64,000 nt of DNA from Piromyces finnis finn. Its lineage: Eukaryota; Fungi; Neocallimastigomycota. Shown in pieces: positions 14,249 to 28,368 of the stretch. A program made the position numbers and the translations under genes. Numbering within the stretch: position 1 is the stretch's first letter; each line of letters starts with the position of its first letter. The notes below the pieces were generated by a model. That model saw only the letters and a list, made by a program, of their open reading frames with translations, made no database searches and had not been told where the DNA came from. Location: contig MCFH01000013.1 of assembly GCA_002104945.1 (NCBI GenBank), forward strand, positions 186,001 through 250,000, written 5' to 3'.

Positions 14249-17200
14249 ATGTTTTGGAGTTTTGCTCAACCAACAACTGTGATTGATGATTTATTTAATC
14301 AAGAAGATCTTCAATTAGAAACCTTATTAGAAGAAGATGATTTATTACAAGAATGCAAAGCTCATAATTCAAACCTTATTAGATAGTAAGATTTAATTAA
14401 TTAATATATTATAAAAAATAATTTATTAATATTATATTTATATATGTATTTTAGTTTTTCAAATCCAGAAATTATAAAAAAGTTATTAAACTATATTACT
14501 AATCCACCAGAAGAATTAGATGAATTAAAGAAATTAAAGTAAAATAAAATATAACTGCTTATAAATTATTAAAATTTTGTTTTTTTATTTTTTTGAAGAA
14601 AGTTTTAAATTAATATTGAATATTTTATACAATATAATAAGGTATTCTTATTTATCATGTGAAATTCTTTCTTGTGATATATGGCCAATTCTTGATGCTA
14701 TTATGGAAAATACTGATGCTTTGGTTGATTTCTGGAAGTTTGTTGACCGTGATGAGCCATTAGAAATCTTCCAAGCCAGTTATTTCTGTAAAGTTAACTT
14801 AGTCCTTCTTCAATATAAATTACCAGAGGTTTGTATTAAAATAGAAAAAAAATATGATTATATAAATTATATAGATATATCTATTAATTTATTTTTAAAT
14901 ATTATCTAAATTATTTTAGATGTTACAATTTATACGTGGACATCCAGATATTTTGTCAAAAATTTTAAAGCATATTTCATCTTCACCTATAGCTGAAATT
15001 TTATTAAAATTAATTAGTATAAGTGACCGCGAAGAAGCAAATGGAATTATTGAAGTATGCTTTTTTTTCTATTTAATAAAAAAATGGTTGAAACTTTAAC
15101 AATTTATTAATTTATACTTTGATATAATTTATAATTTATAGTGGCTTCAACAAGAAAAAGTTATACCAAATCTTGTATCCCGTTTTGATCCATTCTTAGA
15201 TGATGAAGTAAAAAACCTTTTATATTATAAAACTAATAATTATTGATTCAATAAAATAACATTCGTATTCATTAACACCTTTATATTATAATTATAGACT
15301 CATACTAATATAGCTAATACTTTAATCGATATTAACTCTGTTAGTTATACCTCACCATTATTAACAAATGATTTATTAACAGCGAATATTGATGGTGTTA
15401 ATTCTTTCCTCTCATCATCAATTACTAATTTTGGTGGTAATGCTTTAGTTGATGAGTTAAAGAGGTAGATTTAATAGTAAATAAATTTAAATTAAATTTG
15501 ATATATATAGAATTTGTCTCAAACTTATTTAAAAATCATTATAAATTTAATAATAGTAAGGAAATTGTTGAACAACTTGTTAAATACATGCTTGATGAAA
15601 AGGCTCCAAACTCTACCAGTTCACTTATTCATGGTACTACTGTAATAATCGATTTAATCCGTCGTTATTGCGGGTAGTTATTTAATATATTATAAAATAT
15701 TTATATTAAAAGATATTATAAATATTAATAAATTCTTTAAATATCATTATTAGTGATATTGAACAAGCTGAATATCAACAGCATCAATATGATCATTTCC
15801 AACAAGAAAATATTAGAGATGAAAATCAATACCAAGACGTAGTTCCTCCAAATCCACCAACAACTGCTCAATTTGAAAAGTTATCTTTAGCTTTAAATGA
15901 TTTATTAAATGTTTTAGGAAATAATTTAGAAAAGTTTGAATATTTATTATTGCATCCAAAGAGCATTGTAACTATTTTTTATTCTCTAAAATTTAAAATC
16001 ATTTTTATATTTTGATAAATAAATAATTTTATTTATGTAATTTTTTTTAATTACTTAAAAGAATGGTCCAATACCAACAACACTTGGGGAAGTTGTACCA
16101 TTAGGTACTGAAAGATTAAGAGTTTGTGAACTTTTTGCTGAAGTAATTCACCTTCAATATTTATATTCTAGTAGTCCATTATTTGATAGAATTGTTTTTG
16201 AACAAAAAGAAGAAGAGAAAAAACGTACATTAGTTGAAGAATTAATTACTATAACTGATAAATTTACTGAAAGAAAGATGTTACCAATCTGCTTGGTATG
16301 AATTAAAAAAATATTAATATTACTAAACATTATATTTAAATACTAATATCATATAATATTACTATCATATAGAATTTATTCTTTGAATTCCCATGGAATA
16401 ATTTCCTTCATTCAGTTGTTTATGATATGATCGCAAAAATATTCAATACCTGTAGTTATTTAGTTACAGCAACTAATTTAACTAATGAAGTTGATGATGA
16501 AAACCAATTATCAGCAGAAGAACAAATGTTTTCATCATTATCTGAAGAAACTAAAGAAAGAATGAATATGATAAAGAATAGTGTTATAAAATTAACCGAT
16601 TCTGTAAGAATATAATAGCAATAATAATGATAATAAACAACAGTAAACAATACATTCATAGTAATTATTTATTAAATATGTATTAGATTCTTGATGAAGG
16701 TCAATTACCACAGAAGATTGTTAAAGCACAAAAATTAAATGATGAAGAAGAGTATGTATTTTTTTTTCTAAAATAATATCTTAAATATTTTATATTAAAC
16801 GTATATTTGATATAATTAATAGAAAAAAAGAAAAAGGTTTACGTCTCGGATATATGGGCCATTTAACTCATATATCAGATGAAATTTGTAAATTAATGAG
16901 CAAGTGTTCTAACCAATTTTCTGATAAAATCAATGGTAAATTAAAATATTAATAACAATAAAATAATAGTTCTGAAGATTATATTTTAATTTTAAAACAA
17001 TATACTTTATTTAAATGTTAGATTATATAAACGGAAAAGATTGGAATGATTATATCAATAATTCATTACAAGAAACAAAAAATAGAGATTGCCAAGCATT
17101 AGGTGGTCAAAGACCAAATAATGATACTATAACTAATATATCATTTGGATATCAACCACAAGATTTTGAATATGATAGCCAAGAAGATCAATACAGACTT

Positions 17201-17993
17201 AATATAGGCGCAACAGACTTTGGTGATGAAGAAGATGATATGAATGAATTTGATGTAAATGGATTCGAATCAATGATATCTTCTAATAATAGTAATAGAG
17301 TAAGAATCAATTTGTAATATAATTTATTAGTTACCTTTGGTATTATTTTTACCATCAATAGAGGAGTTTGTATTAAATTAACCTTTATATATTTATTTAA
17401 ATTATAAAAAGGATTCACATGAAAGATTCTTTGAAAATAGTTCAGAAGATGAAATGGATAGTTCAGAAGAAGAAGATTGGATAAAGTAAATAATAACTAT
17501 AATTATATAATATATCTTTTATATATTAATTTTGTTTATATTATATTATACCTTTTTTTTAAATAACAGTGGTTTAGATAATCAAGATGTAAGTTGAAAA
17601 TAATAATTAATAAGTAATCAAAAAATATACATTTATAAGTAATAAATATATTTTTTATTTTAAATATAGAAGTTAGACAGTAATTTATTAGGTCAATCAG
17701 AATGGACTGCTGATTTCAGTGATTTCGATAATCATATTAATGGAGGTTCTTTAGATGATCAAGATAAATTGAATGATTGGGCCAACTTTGATGAAGCTTT
17801 TAGTCCAGATAAAATAAATGCTGTTAATATTTCCACATCTTCAAATGATTCAAGAGACGAAAATACATCAGGATTGGATAAAGAAAATATTTTAGGTGAT
17901 CTTGACAATAATAATATTGTTGATACACTAAATAATCTTACTTTAGATGAAAAAGAATCAAAGGATACAAATAATGAAGGCGATTCAAAATAA
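14249..17993 (+). CDS. SAPS: SIT4-associated protein / PP6 regulatory subunit (SAPS domain), multi-exon
   Basis: N-terminus MFWSFAQPTTVIDDLFNQEDLQLETLLEEDDLLQECKAHNSNLIR; also YSYLSCEILSCD, PLGTERLRVCELFAE, FFEFPWNNFLHSVVYDM, RLGYMGHLT, and an acidic tail containing DWANFDEAF. Confidence 0.92.
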
Positions 17994-19248
17994 ACTATAC
18001 ATATTTTTTAAGTTAATTTTTATTTCTTTTATTTTTCTTTTTCATTCTCTTTTTTCTGTTTCTCTCTCTCAATTATTAAATTAGCTTTACAATAAATAAT
18101 TTTTTCATTCAATTTTTTCTTTTCCAACAGGAGATTTATTATCGAATAATCTTTTTTTTTTTTTTTATTTATTTTTTTTTTTTTTTATTTTTAAAAAAAG
18201 CAAAACAAATTAAAACCAAATACCAAAAACTAAAACCAAAAACCAAAACCAAAACCAAAAAAAAAAAAAAAAAAGAAATTTAAAAAAAAAAGAAAGAAAG
18301 GAAAGAAAAAGAATATAGCCATATTTCTCAAAGCATTTATTATCTTTAATAATTTAAACAGTATTTAGCAAACTTACTTTCATCAGATAATTAAAAAGTA
18401 TATAAAATATAATTTTAAATATAATAGTAATATAAAATAATGAAAATGAAAAAGTGTTTTATATGTTGAATCTTTATTAAAGGTTGCTATATAATATAAA
18501 TACCTTTTTCATATTAAAAAAAAGTATATAAAAAAAAGAAAAAAAAATTGAAAAAATTAAAAAATATTTTAAAAAAATAGAAAAAAATATTATAAAACAA
18601 CCAAAAAAAAAAAAAAAATAATGTTAAATTAACTACTTTTGATATTATTTTTATTAATCTTAATTACGTTAAAATAATAACACTAATAAAACATAAATAT
18701 ATAAATATAAAAGTTTTTTCTCATTATAGTTTTACATTTATATTTTTTCTATTTATTTTTTATTTTAAAATACCAATATCGTGCCCCATTGTAATTTATT
18801 TTTTTATTGAGTTTTGAAAATAGTTTATTAGGAATAATGTATATATAATAAAAATAAATAGTAGGATAAAATGAGAATAAAAATTTTTTGAAAAACATAG
18901 AATTTTATTAGTTATTAGAAACATTATCTTTATAAATAATTATCTACAATGATATATAATAATTAATAATGACAAAAAAAAGTTTAAAAAGAATAAACCT
19001 TCCTCCATTAATAATGTTATTATTATTTTTTTTTTTTTATTTTATTAAAAAAAGGTTACATTTTTAATTTTATAAAGTATTACAAAAATAAAATTAATTT
19101 TATTATATTTATATTTCTATTATAATATTATAAATATTATATATAAAATTTTAATATTAAATTTTAATTTATATTACTATATTTTTATTTTTAATTCTTT
19201 TGTAGGATATATAAAGTAAAAAGTAAAAAAAAAAAAAAAAAAAATATT

Positions 19249-19281
<33 letters not shown>

Positions 19282-19325
19282 AAATAAAACAAATATTATA
19301 TATATAAAATTAAATTATTAATACA

Positions 19326-19609
19326 ATGTTAGCTACAGCAGCATCATATTATATAAAATTATGGAATTTAAATAGTGACAATGATGTTGTGTCGGTAAAG
19401 GAAAAGTCATCTTGTATGCCACATGGATCTTCTAATGTACTATGCATGGAATGGACTCAAGATTGTAAATGATTATAAATAATTGAAATTAATTTATTAT
19501 AAAATTTTATATTTTCATAAAATTTGAAAATAGTATTAATATTACTTGGAATTTAAATTAATAAAATACATAAATATATATTATAATATAATATTGTATG
19601 ACAAATAAC

Positions 19610-19641
<32 letters not shown>

Positions 19642-19807
19642 TAAAGCTTCATTAATTGGAACAGCTGGAAGTGATGGTTGTTTAGTATTGTGTATACCTG
19701 AAACAGGTATTTTTTCTGAAGTTATACCGACTGGAAGATTAAAAAATTCGGTATTATATACAATTATATAGAAAGCATTTTCAAAGTATAATATTTTAAA
19801 TTTATTC

Positions 19808-19842
<35 letters not shown>

Positions 19843-22800
19843 TTTTTATTTTATTTCATTGTAACATTGTTGCTTTTTGAAATTCTATTAAAGAAAAATG
19901 ATGAAATTTATTCCATGAAATTTTATAACCAATCCAATTTAATAGTTTTTGGAGGCTCAGGAAAAATAGTCAAATGCTGGGATAGACAACATAATAAATT
20001 CTTGAATAATTTTTTAGTAAGATATAAAAATAGAAATAGATAGTTATAACTATTATGCTTGAATGAACTTCAAAATAATTAATAACATAATGTAAATTAT
20101 ATGTCTATATAAAGGGTCATACCAAAACAATAAAATCAATGGATATTAATCATTCAGAAATGAATATATCGTCTGTTTCAGAAAATGGTGACATATTAAT
20201 TAATTCTTTAGACGGGAAAACTTCAATACTAAAAAATATAACTGATAATGTAATTGAACAAAGTCTATTTATATAAAGTTTAATAATATATAAGAAAAAA
20301 GTATTTTATGAAATTAAATGAATATGAAATACTAATTATCAATTTGTTATGATAATTAATATTATAAAAATAATATATTTAAATATAACCTTTTTTTTTT
20401 TTTTTTAAAATTTTTAAATACATGTTATTATTTAGTCATTAAATAAGATTATATACTCGAAAAATAGTAACTCACAACTATTTACAATAGATGACCATGG
20501 ATTTTTATATTCATATGATACCATTAACCTTCTAACCGATTCAAAAATTAAAGTATGTGATTCTATGTCAATTAATGATGTTATTGTATCACCACTTAAT
20601 AACAATATACTTATTACCGCAAATGAAGATGGAACTTTAACATTTATTGATTATCAAAATAAAAAGTAATTATAAATAATTTTTTATGATGTTATATAAA
20701 TAATAGTTAATATTTATTAAAATAATGTTTTACCTAATAATAATTTAAATATAAAAAATAAAAAAATATTTTTAATATGAATCAGTATTGTAAATACATA
20801 TAAAGCTATCGATCCATTAACATCTGTATCAGTAAAAATAGATGGCTCTATGTTAGCTTGTGGTACATCAAGAGGTATGCGAATACAATTTTGATGATAA
20901 TATTAAAACAAATTTGATTTATTATTAAGATAATTAATTTATCTTTTTTATTATGTAAGGACAAGTATTACTTTATGATATCCGAATGAATAAACAACTT
21001 CATAAATATTGGGCAGAAACAAAATCAATAAAAACTTTAAAATTTCAAGTATATATACGTTAATTAATACATTTCAATTCTATATTTATTTTCTTTTTAA
21101 GTTATTTTATAACATATATTTAATGATATTAAATAGAATATTCCTAGTAATGGCAATAGAAAAAGAACTCAATCAATTTTAACATTAGAAAATAATACCC
21201 TAAATCGTAATTTTTATAACCTATTATAATAAATATTAATTGTTAAACTAGATTTTTATTTTTTTATTTATTTATGATTTTTTTTTTTTTTTAAATTATT
21301 ATCATGTTAATATCACATTATTATTATTTTATTTTTATGAATAATAAATTGTTTGATAAAAGCTAAAGTAAGTTATTGGATAGGTTTATAATAAATTAAA
21401 AGTTTTATTATTAGTCCATATCACATAATATTAATATATATTTTTTTATTGCTAACCTCAGAAACATATATTATCAACAGAAAGTGTAGAGGCAGAAACA
21501 TTAGAATATAAAACAGATGCTTCAAACTTTGATATTAGTAGTCCATCCACTCCTACTACCTCCAAACCATCATCAAAACTAGCATCATTGAAAACCAATG
21601 AGAATAATAATAACCAAAATAACAATATTACTTCAAATTTATTATCAGTCTTTTCATCAAATAAATACCAACCACCTTCAAATCTATCTTCTTCTTTTTC
21701 CCCATTAACAAATCCCCCTTTTAATTATGATTTTAGTAAAAATAAAAAGTCTTCAACCTATACCAATACCTTATTAAACAAAGATGAGGACTTTCCTAAT
21801 ACCCCAATAAGAAAAATAGAAGAAAACAAGTTAATTAGTAAAGACAAGGGTAAAGGCAATTCCGTTTTAACTTTTACAGACTTTTTGAAAAATAATTATT
21901 CTAAAAGTAATACAACAGAAGTTGTGACAACTTCAAAGGATATCTTATCTACTACTAGTCCAAATTCTATTCATCCATCAACTACAAATGATCATGTTTC
22001 CTCTCACGAGTTATCTTCATCGAAACCAGTTAATAAAGTGACACCAAAATTAACGGTCGTCACTATGAATTCAAAAGAGGATCCCCCAAAAAAGTTAAAA
22101 GGAAGCCATAATATTAAAGAAAAAAAAGACAGAACGGACGATGAAAATACTTCGACCAACCCTACCAATACTTTTAATGATATATGGCTTAATCCTGAAG
22201 TTTTTGCTCCTCATAAGGATCAAGATGTAACCTTGACCACTTCAGAACTTTCTTCTATTCCTACGGAAAAAGAAAATACTTCTTCTTCATCTAAATTATT
22301 ACCTAGTACCATCAACTTTGGTGAAGAAAGTCAACCCAATGATGCTCTCTACGATCGTTATGTTAATGAAAATTCTAATATTTTAAAGGAAAAACTACAA
22401 AATAATATTAAAGAAGAATTACAAAAGAATGGAATTTCTATTCATGGTAATTTTTATATAATAATAAATATAAATCATATCGTATTTTAATTAATATTTT
22501 ATATTGTTGGTATTTCTAATATACATATATATATATATATAAATTTTATTTTAAAAAAAATGAAATATATAATATATTATATATGCTAATATATATAATA
22601 TATATAATATTGATATTAGATGAAAATAACACGTCATTAGATGAAGGAATATCCTCTATATCAAATAAAATTCTTGAAAGTGTTGTAGAGGAAGGTCTTC
22701 AAGAATTAAAAGGTTTTCTTCGTAATGATATTAAAAATATGCATTTAGAAATTATTAGTCAATTTCATTTTCAAAAGGTAAATTTTAAATAATTATAAAA

Positions 22801-23013
22801 AAAAAAAAAAAAAAATTTATTTTTTCTTTTTCTTTCTTTTATTAATAATATATTTTTAATAAATAAAATAATCCTTTATTTTTACCAAAATAGTATGAAA
22901 TAGAAAAAATGTTTAAAGAAGAACAAGAAAAAATTGGACCTTTATTAACAGAATTACAAAAATTAAGAGAAGAGAATGAACGCCTTAAATGTCAAATATA
23001 TAAAACATCCTAA
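19326..23013 (+). CDS. NEDD1: NEDD1/GCP-WD-like gamma-tubulin ring complex targeting protein, multi-exon
   Basis: N-terminal WD40 repeats (YIKLWNL, IVKCWDR, DPLTSVSVKIDGSMLACGTSRG, LLYDIRM), a long S/T/N-rich linker (track ORF 21588-22490), and C-terminal ILESVVEEGLQELKGFLRNDIKNMHLEIISQFHFQK...ELQKLREENERLK, resembling the NEDD1 gamma-tubulin-binding coiled coil. Confidence 0.8.
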
Positions 23014-23516
23014 TTCTATGGCTTAATTAAAAAGTGTATATATAATAAATAAATAAATTTTAGTTTAATCCAATAACATCGCTTTTTTTTTTTTTAATTC
23101 ATTAATTTTAATAACTGATCCTATCTTGAAAAAATGTATATACATAATATAATGGCAATATAGTTTTTTTTTAAAGACGTATATTATCATATCATATTAT
23201 ATTAGATATATATTTTCATGTATTTTTATATATCTAATTAAAAAAAAAAAATTTGTATATTTTTTATTATTTTCTTTTATTTATTTATTATCATTATTTT
23301 TTCATTTTTATTTTTCATTATTATATTTTTAATATTATTATATATTTTATTAATTTATTTATTATTATTTTTTTTTAATTATTATTATAAGTTTGAAATA
23401 TTCTCCATATTTTAAAGTATTTATTTCATAGTATTATTATTATTATCCTTTTTTTTTTTTATTTATTTTGTTTTTACTTTTTTTATTTTTTTAATTATTT
23501 AATCCAAGAAATTGCT

Positions 23517-25236
23517 TTATTTTCTAACTCTTCTACGACCTGGTGGAGCAGGTCTTTTATGTCTATTGTATAATAATTATTTAATAATTATTGGAAAAAA
23601 AAAAAAAATAAAAATGTTAATGCATATTAATACATAATTATTATATTTAAAAGTTGTTTTTTTATAAATAGACTTTTTTTTTTTTTTTTTTTTTTTTTAC
23701 TTACATAACTAATGGAGAATTACTTGGTGAAGCATTTCTTGATTCAGCAGCATGTAAGTCTTCAATAATACTTTGTTCATCTAAATCAGATTCATTACTA
23801 ATTTCAATCTATTTTTTTTTTTTCAAAAAAAAAAAAAAAAAAAAAAAAAAACACATTTTATTAATAAACTATTTAAAATATAGACGATAAAATTTTTATT
23901 TATTAAAAATATATATATACCTTTTTATCCAACTTAATTTTATAATCATTTTCAACATAGTTAACAACAGTATTTCTAGCAGAAGAATAAATCATTCTTT
24001 CCTTGACCTTTGATTTTTCTGGACAAGAATAAATAAAGACTAATTTTATATATTATATAAAATATTATATTGAATTATTATTACTATTATTTAATTTTTA
24101 AAATGAATATTAATTATTCTTGTCTATTACTTGTAGATGTAACATTAGCACTCTTGAATTCATGAGCAAATTTCATAAAAATGAAACATGGTGATTCGGA
24201 TGGTAATTCTGAACGAATATCATCGATTTTTGAAAAATTATTATTACTTCCATCAAGTTCAACACTTTCACTGACACTCTAATTATATATATATTTAAAA
24301 TATGAATATAGTATAACTTTTAAATAAAAAATAATTCTATAAATTTCATACCAATTTAATATAAGAAAGTTCATTATTTTTGAATTTTTCAAGAGCATCT
24401 TGGGTATCTTGACTAAATGGAAAAGCAACAGAAGGAGCAACTGTAAAGCGTGTGGTAATGGAAATATCGTTTTCACTCTTTTGAAATTATATACATATTT
24501 AATTTAAAAATATTGAATTTATTACTATTATGATTATTAGAATATAAAAAATATTATTAATATTTTTTTTTTTTTTTTTTTTTTTACTTCAGCTCTGTTA
24601 AGTTCTTTCATTTCCTTTTCTCTAAGAGTTAATGGAAGAGATTTAATCTTTTTATGATTCTTTATACTTTCAAGAGTTATTTCATCCTTTTATAAACAAA
24701 CAAACAAACGAAAATAAAATAAAAATTAATATAATTATATTGATATAAATAATACAAATATATAATAAATCAATTCGATTTTTACCTTAATTGAACCATA
24801 CAGAGAATCAACAAATTTATTGTCTCCAAGAACCTTAGTTAAGGTAGCACGAGAAGCAGCGTAAAGCATTTTTTCTCTGACCTTTTTTTTTTTTTTTTTT
24901 TTAAAATAAATAAATTAATAATATAGTTAGATAAATATAAAAAAAGAATAAAATATATTTTATTCTATAATATTTTATTTTCAGTTGCAATTTTTAATAT
25001 TAATTTAATAATAGATAGGTACTCTTGAATCATCTGGAACATAACTAATAATAATCCAATCAAAAGTTTCAGTTGTTTTAGAGTCTAAACGGTAAAGAAT
25101 ATAACAAGGGGAAGCTGGATTCAACCATTGAGTAATATCATAATCTTTTATATTGTTTTAATTTAAACAAGTACCACATAGATAAAATTAATTAAATTTA
25201 ATTTAAATGAATTCATTAATAATAATAATAATGGTA

Positions 25237-25311
<75 letters not shown>

Positions 25312-25843
25312 GATAATAATAATAGATAATAATAATAGATAATAATGGTAATAATAATAATAGTAATAGTAATAATATAAATATATATATATATATATAT
25401 TTAACAAATAGAAATTTTATAGTAAATACCTTCTTCCCATGTTCCTGAAGTTGGAATTGTACCTTCAGGAATCATTTGTTCTATTTAAATTTTTATTTTA
25501 TATTAGTTTTTTCATAATTTTAATTTAATATTTATTTAATTATATTTTTATTTAATTAAAAATAAATGATAATAATTTTTTTAAATCACCTTCTTTAATA
25601 ATAACTCTGATAGCCCTAGTATCGGGTTCAGCTTCTGAGAAGACCTTTTTTAAGTCTTCAGAGGCTATAAATAATATTATAATAAGTGAAATTATATATT
25701 GTTGAGTATACATATAAACATAATTAGATATATAAATTATAATAAAACATAGTAAGTTATTGCATAAACTAATGACAGTTTAAAAATATTTATTGTAAAT
25801 ATATTAAATTATACGTACGTGTAATTCCCGTTTGACTTGACAT
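23517..25843 (-). CDS. TWF1: Twinfilin (two ADF-H domains), multi-exon
   Basis: MSSQTGIT..., PCYILYRLDS, WIIISYVPDDSR|VREKMLYAASRATL; second ADF-H FIYSCPEKSKVKERMIYSS; C-terminal capping-protein-binding tail RHKRPAPPGRRRVRK*. Confidence 0.95.
25217..25370. repeat. (TAA)n-type imperfect microsatellite in a twinfilin intron
   Basis: Long AAT/TAA run with variant units, seen directly. Confidence 0.9.
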
Positions 25844-26572
25844 TTTATTCGCTTTTTACTTTTTTTTATAATTGAATTTTTTATAGTATATATTATTGAT
25901 AATAATAATAAAAAAACATATAAGTATATATGTAAAATATGTAGTATTACAAATATAATATATATTCATTATTTATAGGTTTGTAATATAATTTATTTTT
26001 GGTTTATCTCTATTTCAATATTTATTGATGAACTAAAACTTTTAAAGTGCTATAAAGTCAAATTTACATAGTAAATATGAAAGGCATTTGCTGAATATCA
26101 ATCCTACATTATATAAATATTTTTACAATTTAATTTTTATTAATTTCTTTTTGACATTCACCTTTTTAATTATATATTTAAAAATTCTGAAATTAATAAA
26201 TATATATTTATGTAAATTTAAAGAAATAAAATTTTTATTTTTTTTTATTTTTTTATTTTTAATATTTTTTTAAATTATTAAAATTTTAATTAATATATGT
26301 TTTTTTTATTAAAATATTAAAAAAAAAGTTTATGATCCATATTAAAATTTAAGGGTATTAATAAAGAACTAATAAAAACAAAACAAAAACAAGAAAAACC
26401 AAAACCAAAATCATAAGGGAAATAATTTTATATTTATTAAAGTAAAACAAATTTTTTAAGGGTATTAATTATTATGTTAAAATGTATTTTCTATTAAAGT
26501 TTAAACTAATTTTATTTATTATTTTTTCTTTCATAACGAATTATTTATCTCATAAATTTTTTAATAAGAAAT

Positions 26573-27801
26573 TTATGCTGTGATTTTTTTCTCCATCCAT
26601 ATGGCATTTGAGAAATCAAAAGGTCTAGGTTTTAATGTTTTATCTAATGATAATTCATTTTCAATTACTTTTTCTACGCATTCATCATTCAAAGGAATAT
26701 TATCATAAATCTTTTTATTTATATATAAATATTATATGAATTAATATATTCTTATTCTTATTATTTATTTATTTATTAATATTTGATATTTACCTTTTTA
26801 TCTACTTTAATTGTAGGCAATATTTTACTTTCTTCATACTCATATTTTAAATAAAAATTTTTGGCATATTTTGTTTGGAGATAAATTTGATTGACATTCA
26901 TTCTAATTTTGATATTTAATATTATTAATATATAAATAAATTGTAAATAGAATAAATTAAATACTCATAATGTTTATTTTCATAACTAATTCTATTATTT
27001 CTTTTGTTAAAATTACTTTTTCAATATTTGTTCACCATACAATAGAATTGCCTTCCCTATTCCATAATTTCTATAGTCTTTATCGACAACCACTTTTTTT
27101 TTATATTCATACCATACAATAAAAATATGAATTAGCAATATGTATTTATTCTTTTGTATAACAAATATTCTATCTCTTTTTTTTTTTTTAACAAATATTT
27201 GAAAAAATTTCTTTATTTGCTTACAAGAATCCATTATTACTTGTTTAGAATTAGTATTTTTCGAAAAAACTGGTTGAGCTGAAGCCCAACGACTATGTCC
27301 AATAATTCTAATATCCTTTTCTTTTATTAATTCATTCTCTTTACTAATTTTTGCTACTTCGCTATTGTCATTCTTATTTTCTAGATAAGCTACAACAGAA
27401 AAAGGAAGAAGATAAGGTAACTGATCTTTTGGTATATTATTATAAACAAAGTGAAAATCAGTTTTATTTGAATTTGAAAGAGAACTATTTATATTTGATA
27501 TGCTTTTTGATTCTGCTTTATTATTGGTATATTCATTTGATATATTACATTCTACGTTTGTATTAAATAAATTATGACTACTTCCAATTAATTTTAAACG
27601 CTGAAGAAGTGCTCCTGAATTAGTTAATGGCCATTCTTTATTTACCAAATGAAATGCTTTATATAATGCTTTATTTGGTGATATAGGAGTATCATGTAAT
27701 AATGATATAGTACATTGAAGATTAGAATTTAAGTTAAGTTGAATTGAATTATTATTATTATTTAATGGACTATTATAAATTTCCGAATTATTTTCTTTCA
27801 T
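26573..27801 (-). CDS. NAA80: GNAT acetyltransferase, NAA80 (actin N-terminal acetyltransferase)-like, 4 exons
   Basis: AFHLVNKEWP (cf. CADLINDQWP), IIGHSRW (cf. VVGHARL), IMDS|LVVDKDYRNYGIGKAIL (acetyl-CoA-binding motif A), QIYLQTKYAKNFYLKYEY (cf. KLHLTTHDQVHFYTHLGY), C-terminal AIWMEKKITA* (cf. FWMEKDI). Confidence 0.75.
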
Positions 27802-28207
27802 TAAAATATATTATTTTCCTATTCTATTATATAAATTATTCAATAATTATTTTTTTTAAAAATATAAAAGTAAATTTAAAATAAATTAACTATTTTTTTT
27901 AATACTTTTCAATTGTCATAAAAAAGGAAAACGAAAAAAAAATAATTATATTATTTTCAATTTTAATAATGAAATATGAATAAATATTTAAGATGATAAT
28001 AAATAAATATATATATAATGATTTATTCCATAAAAAAAATTATAAATTACCTTTATTGATGTATCAGTATCATTTAGTTAGATTTATATTTTTTACTAAA
28101 AAAAAAAAAAAAAAAAAAAAACACAACTATAGATTTATAATAAAAAAAAAAGATTTTTAATATATGAAAAAATTAATTATAGATTTATGTATATTTTTAA
28201 AAAAATT

Positions 28208-28368
28208 TAAATAGTTTATTCTATATTAGTATATTAGTGGAATTTAAAATATTTTATTAATTTTTATATAAATAGTTTATTCCATTCTATAATAGAATTT
28301 AAAATATTTTATTAATTTTTATATAAATAGTTTATTCCACTCTATAATAGAATTTAAAATATTTTATT
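28208..28368. repeat. Imperfect tandem repeat, ~55-60 bp unit, ~3 copies
   Basis: Unit aaatagtttattcc(a/c)...tataatagaatttaaaatatttt(t)attaatttttatat is repeated. Confidence 0.75.

Noticed and set aside
25216-25407. Poly-Tyr ORF
   Set aside because: Translation of a (TAA)n microsatellite in a twinfilin intron.
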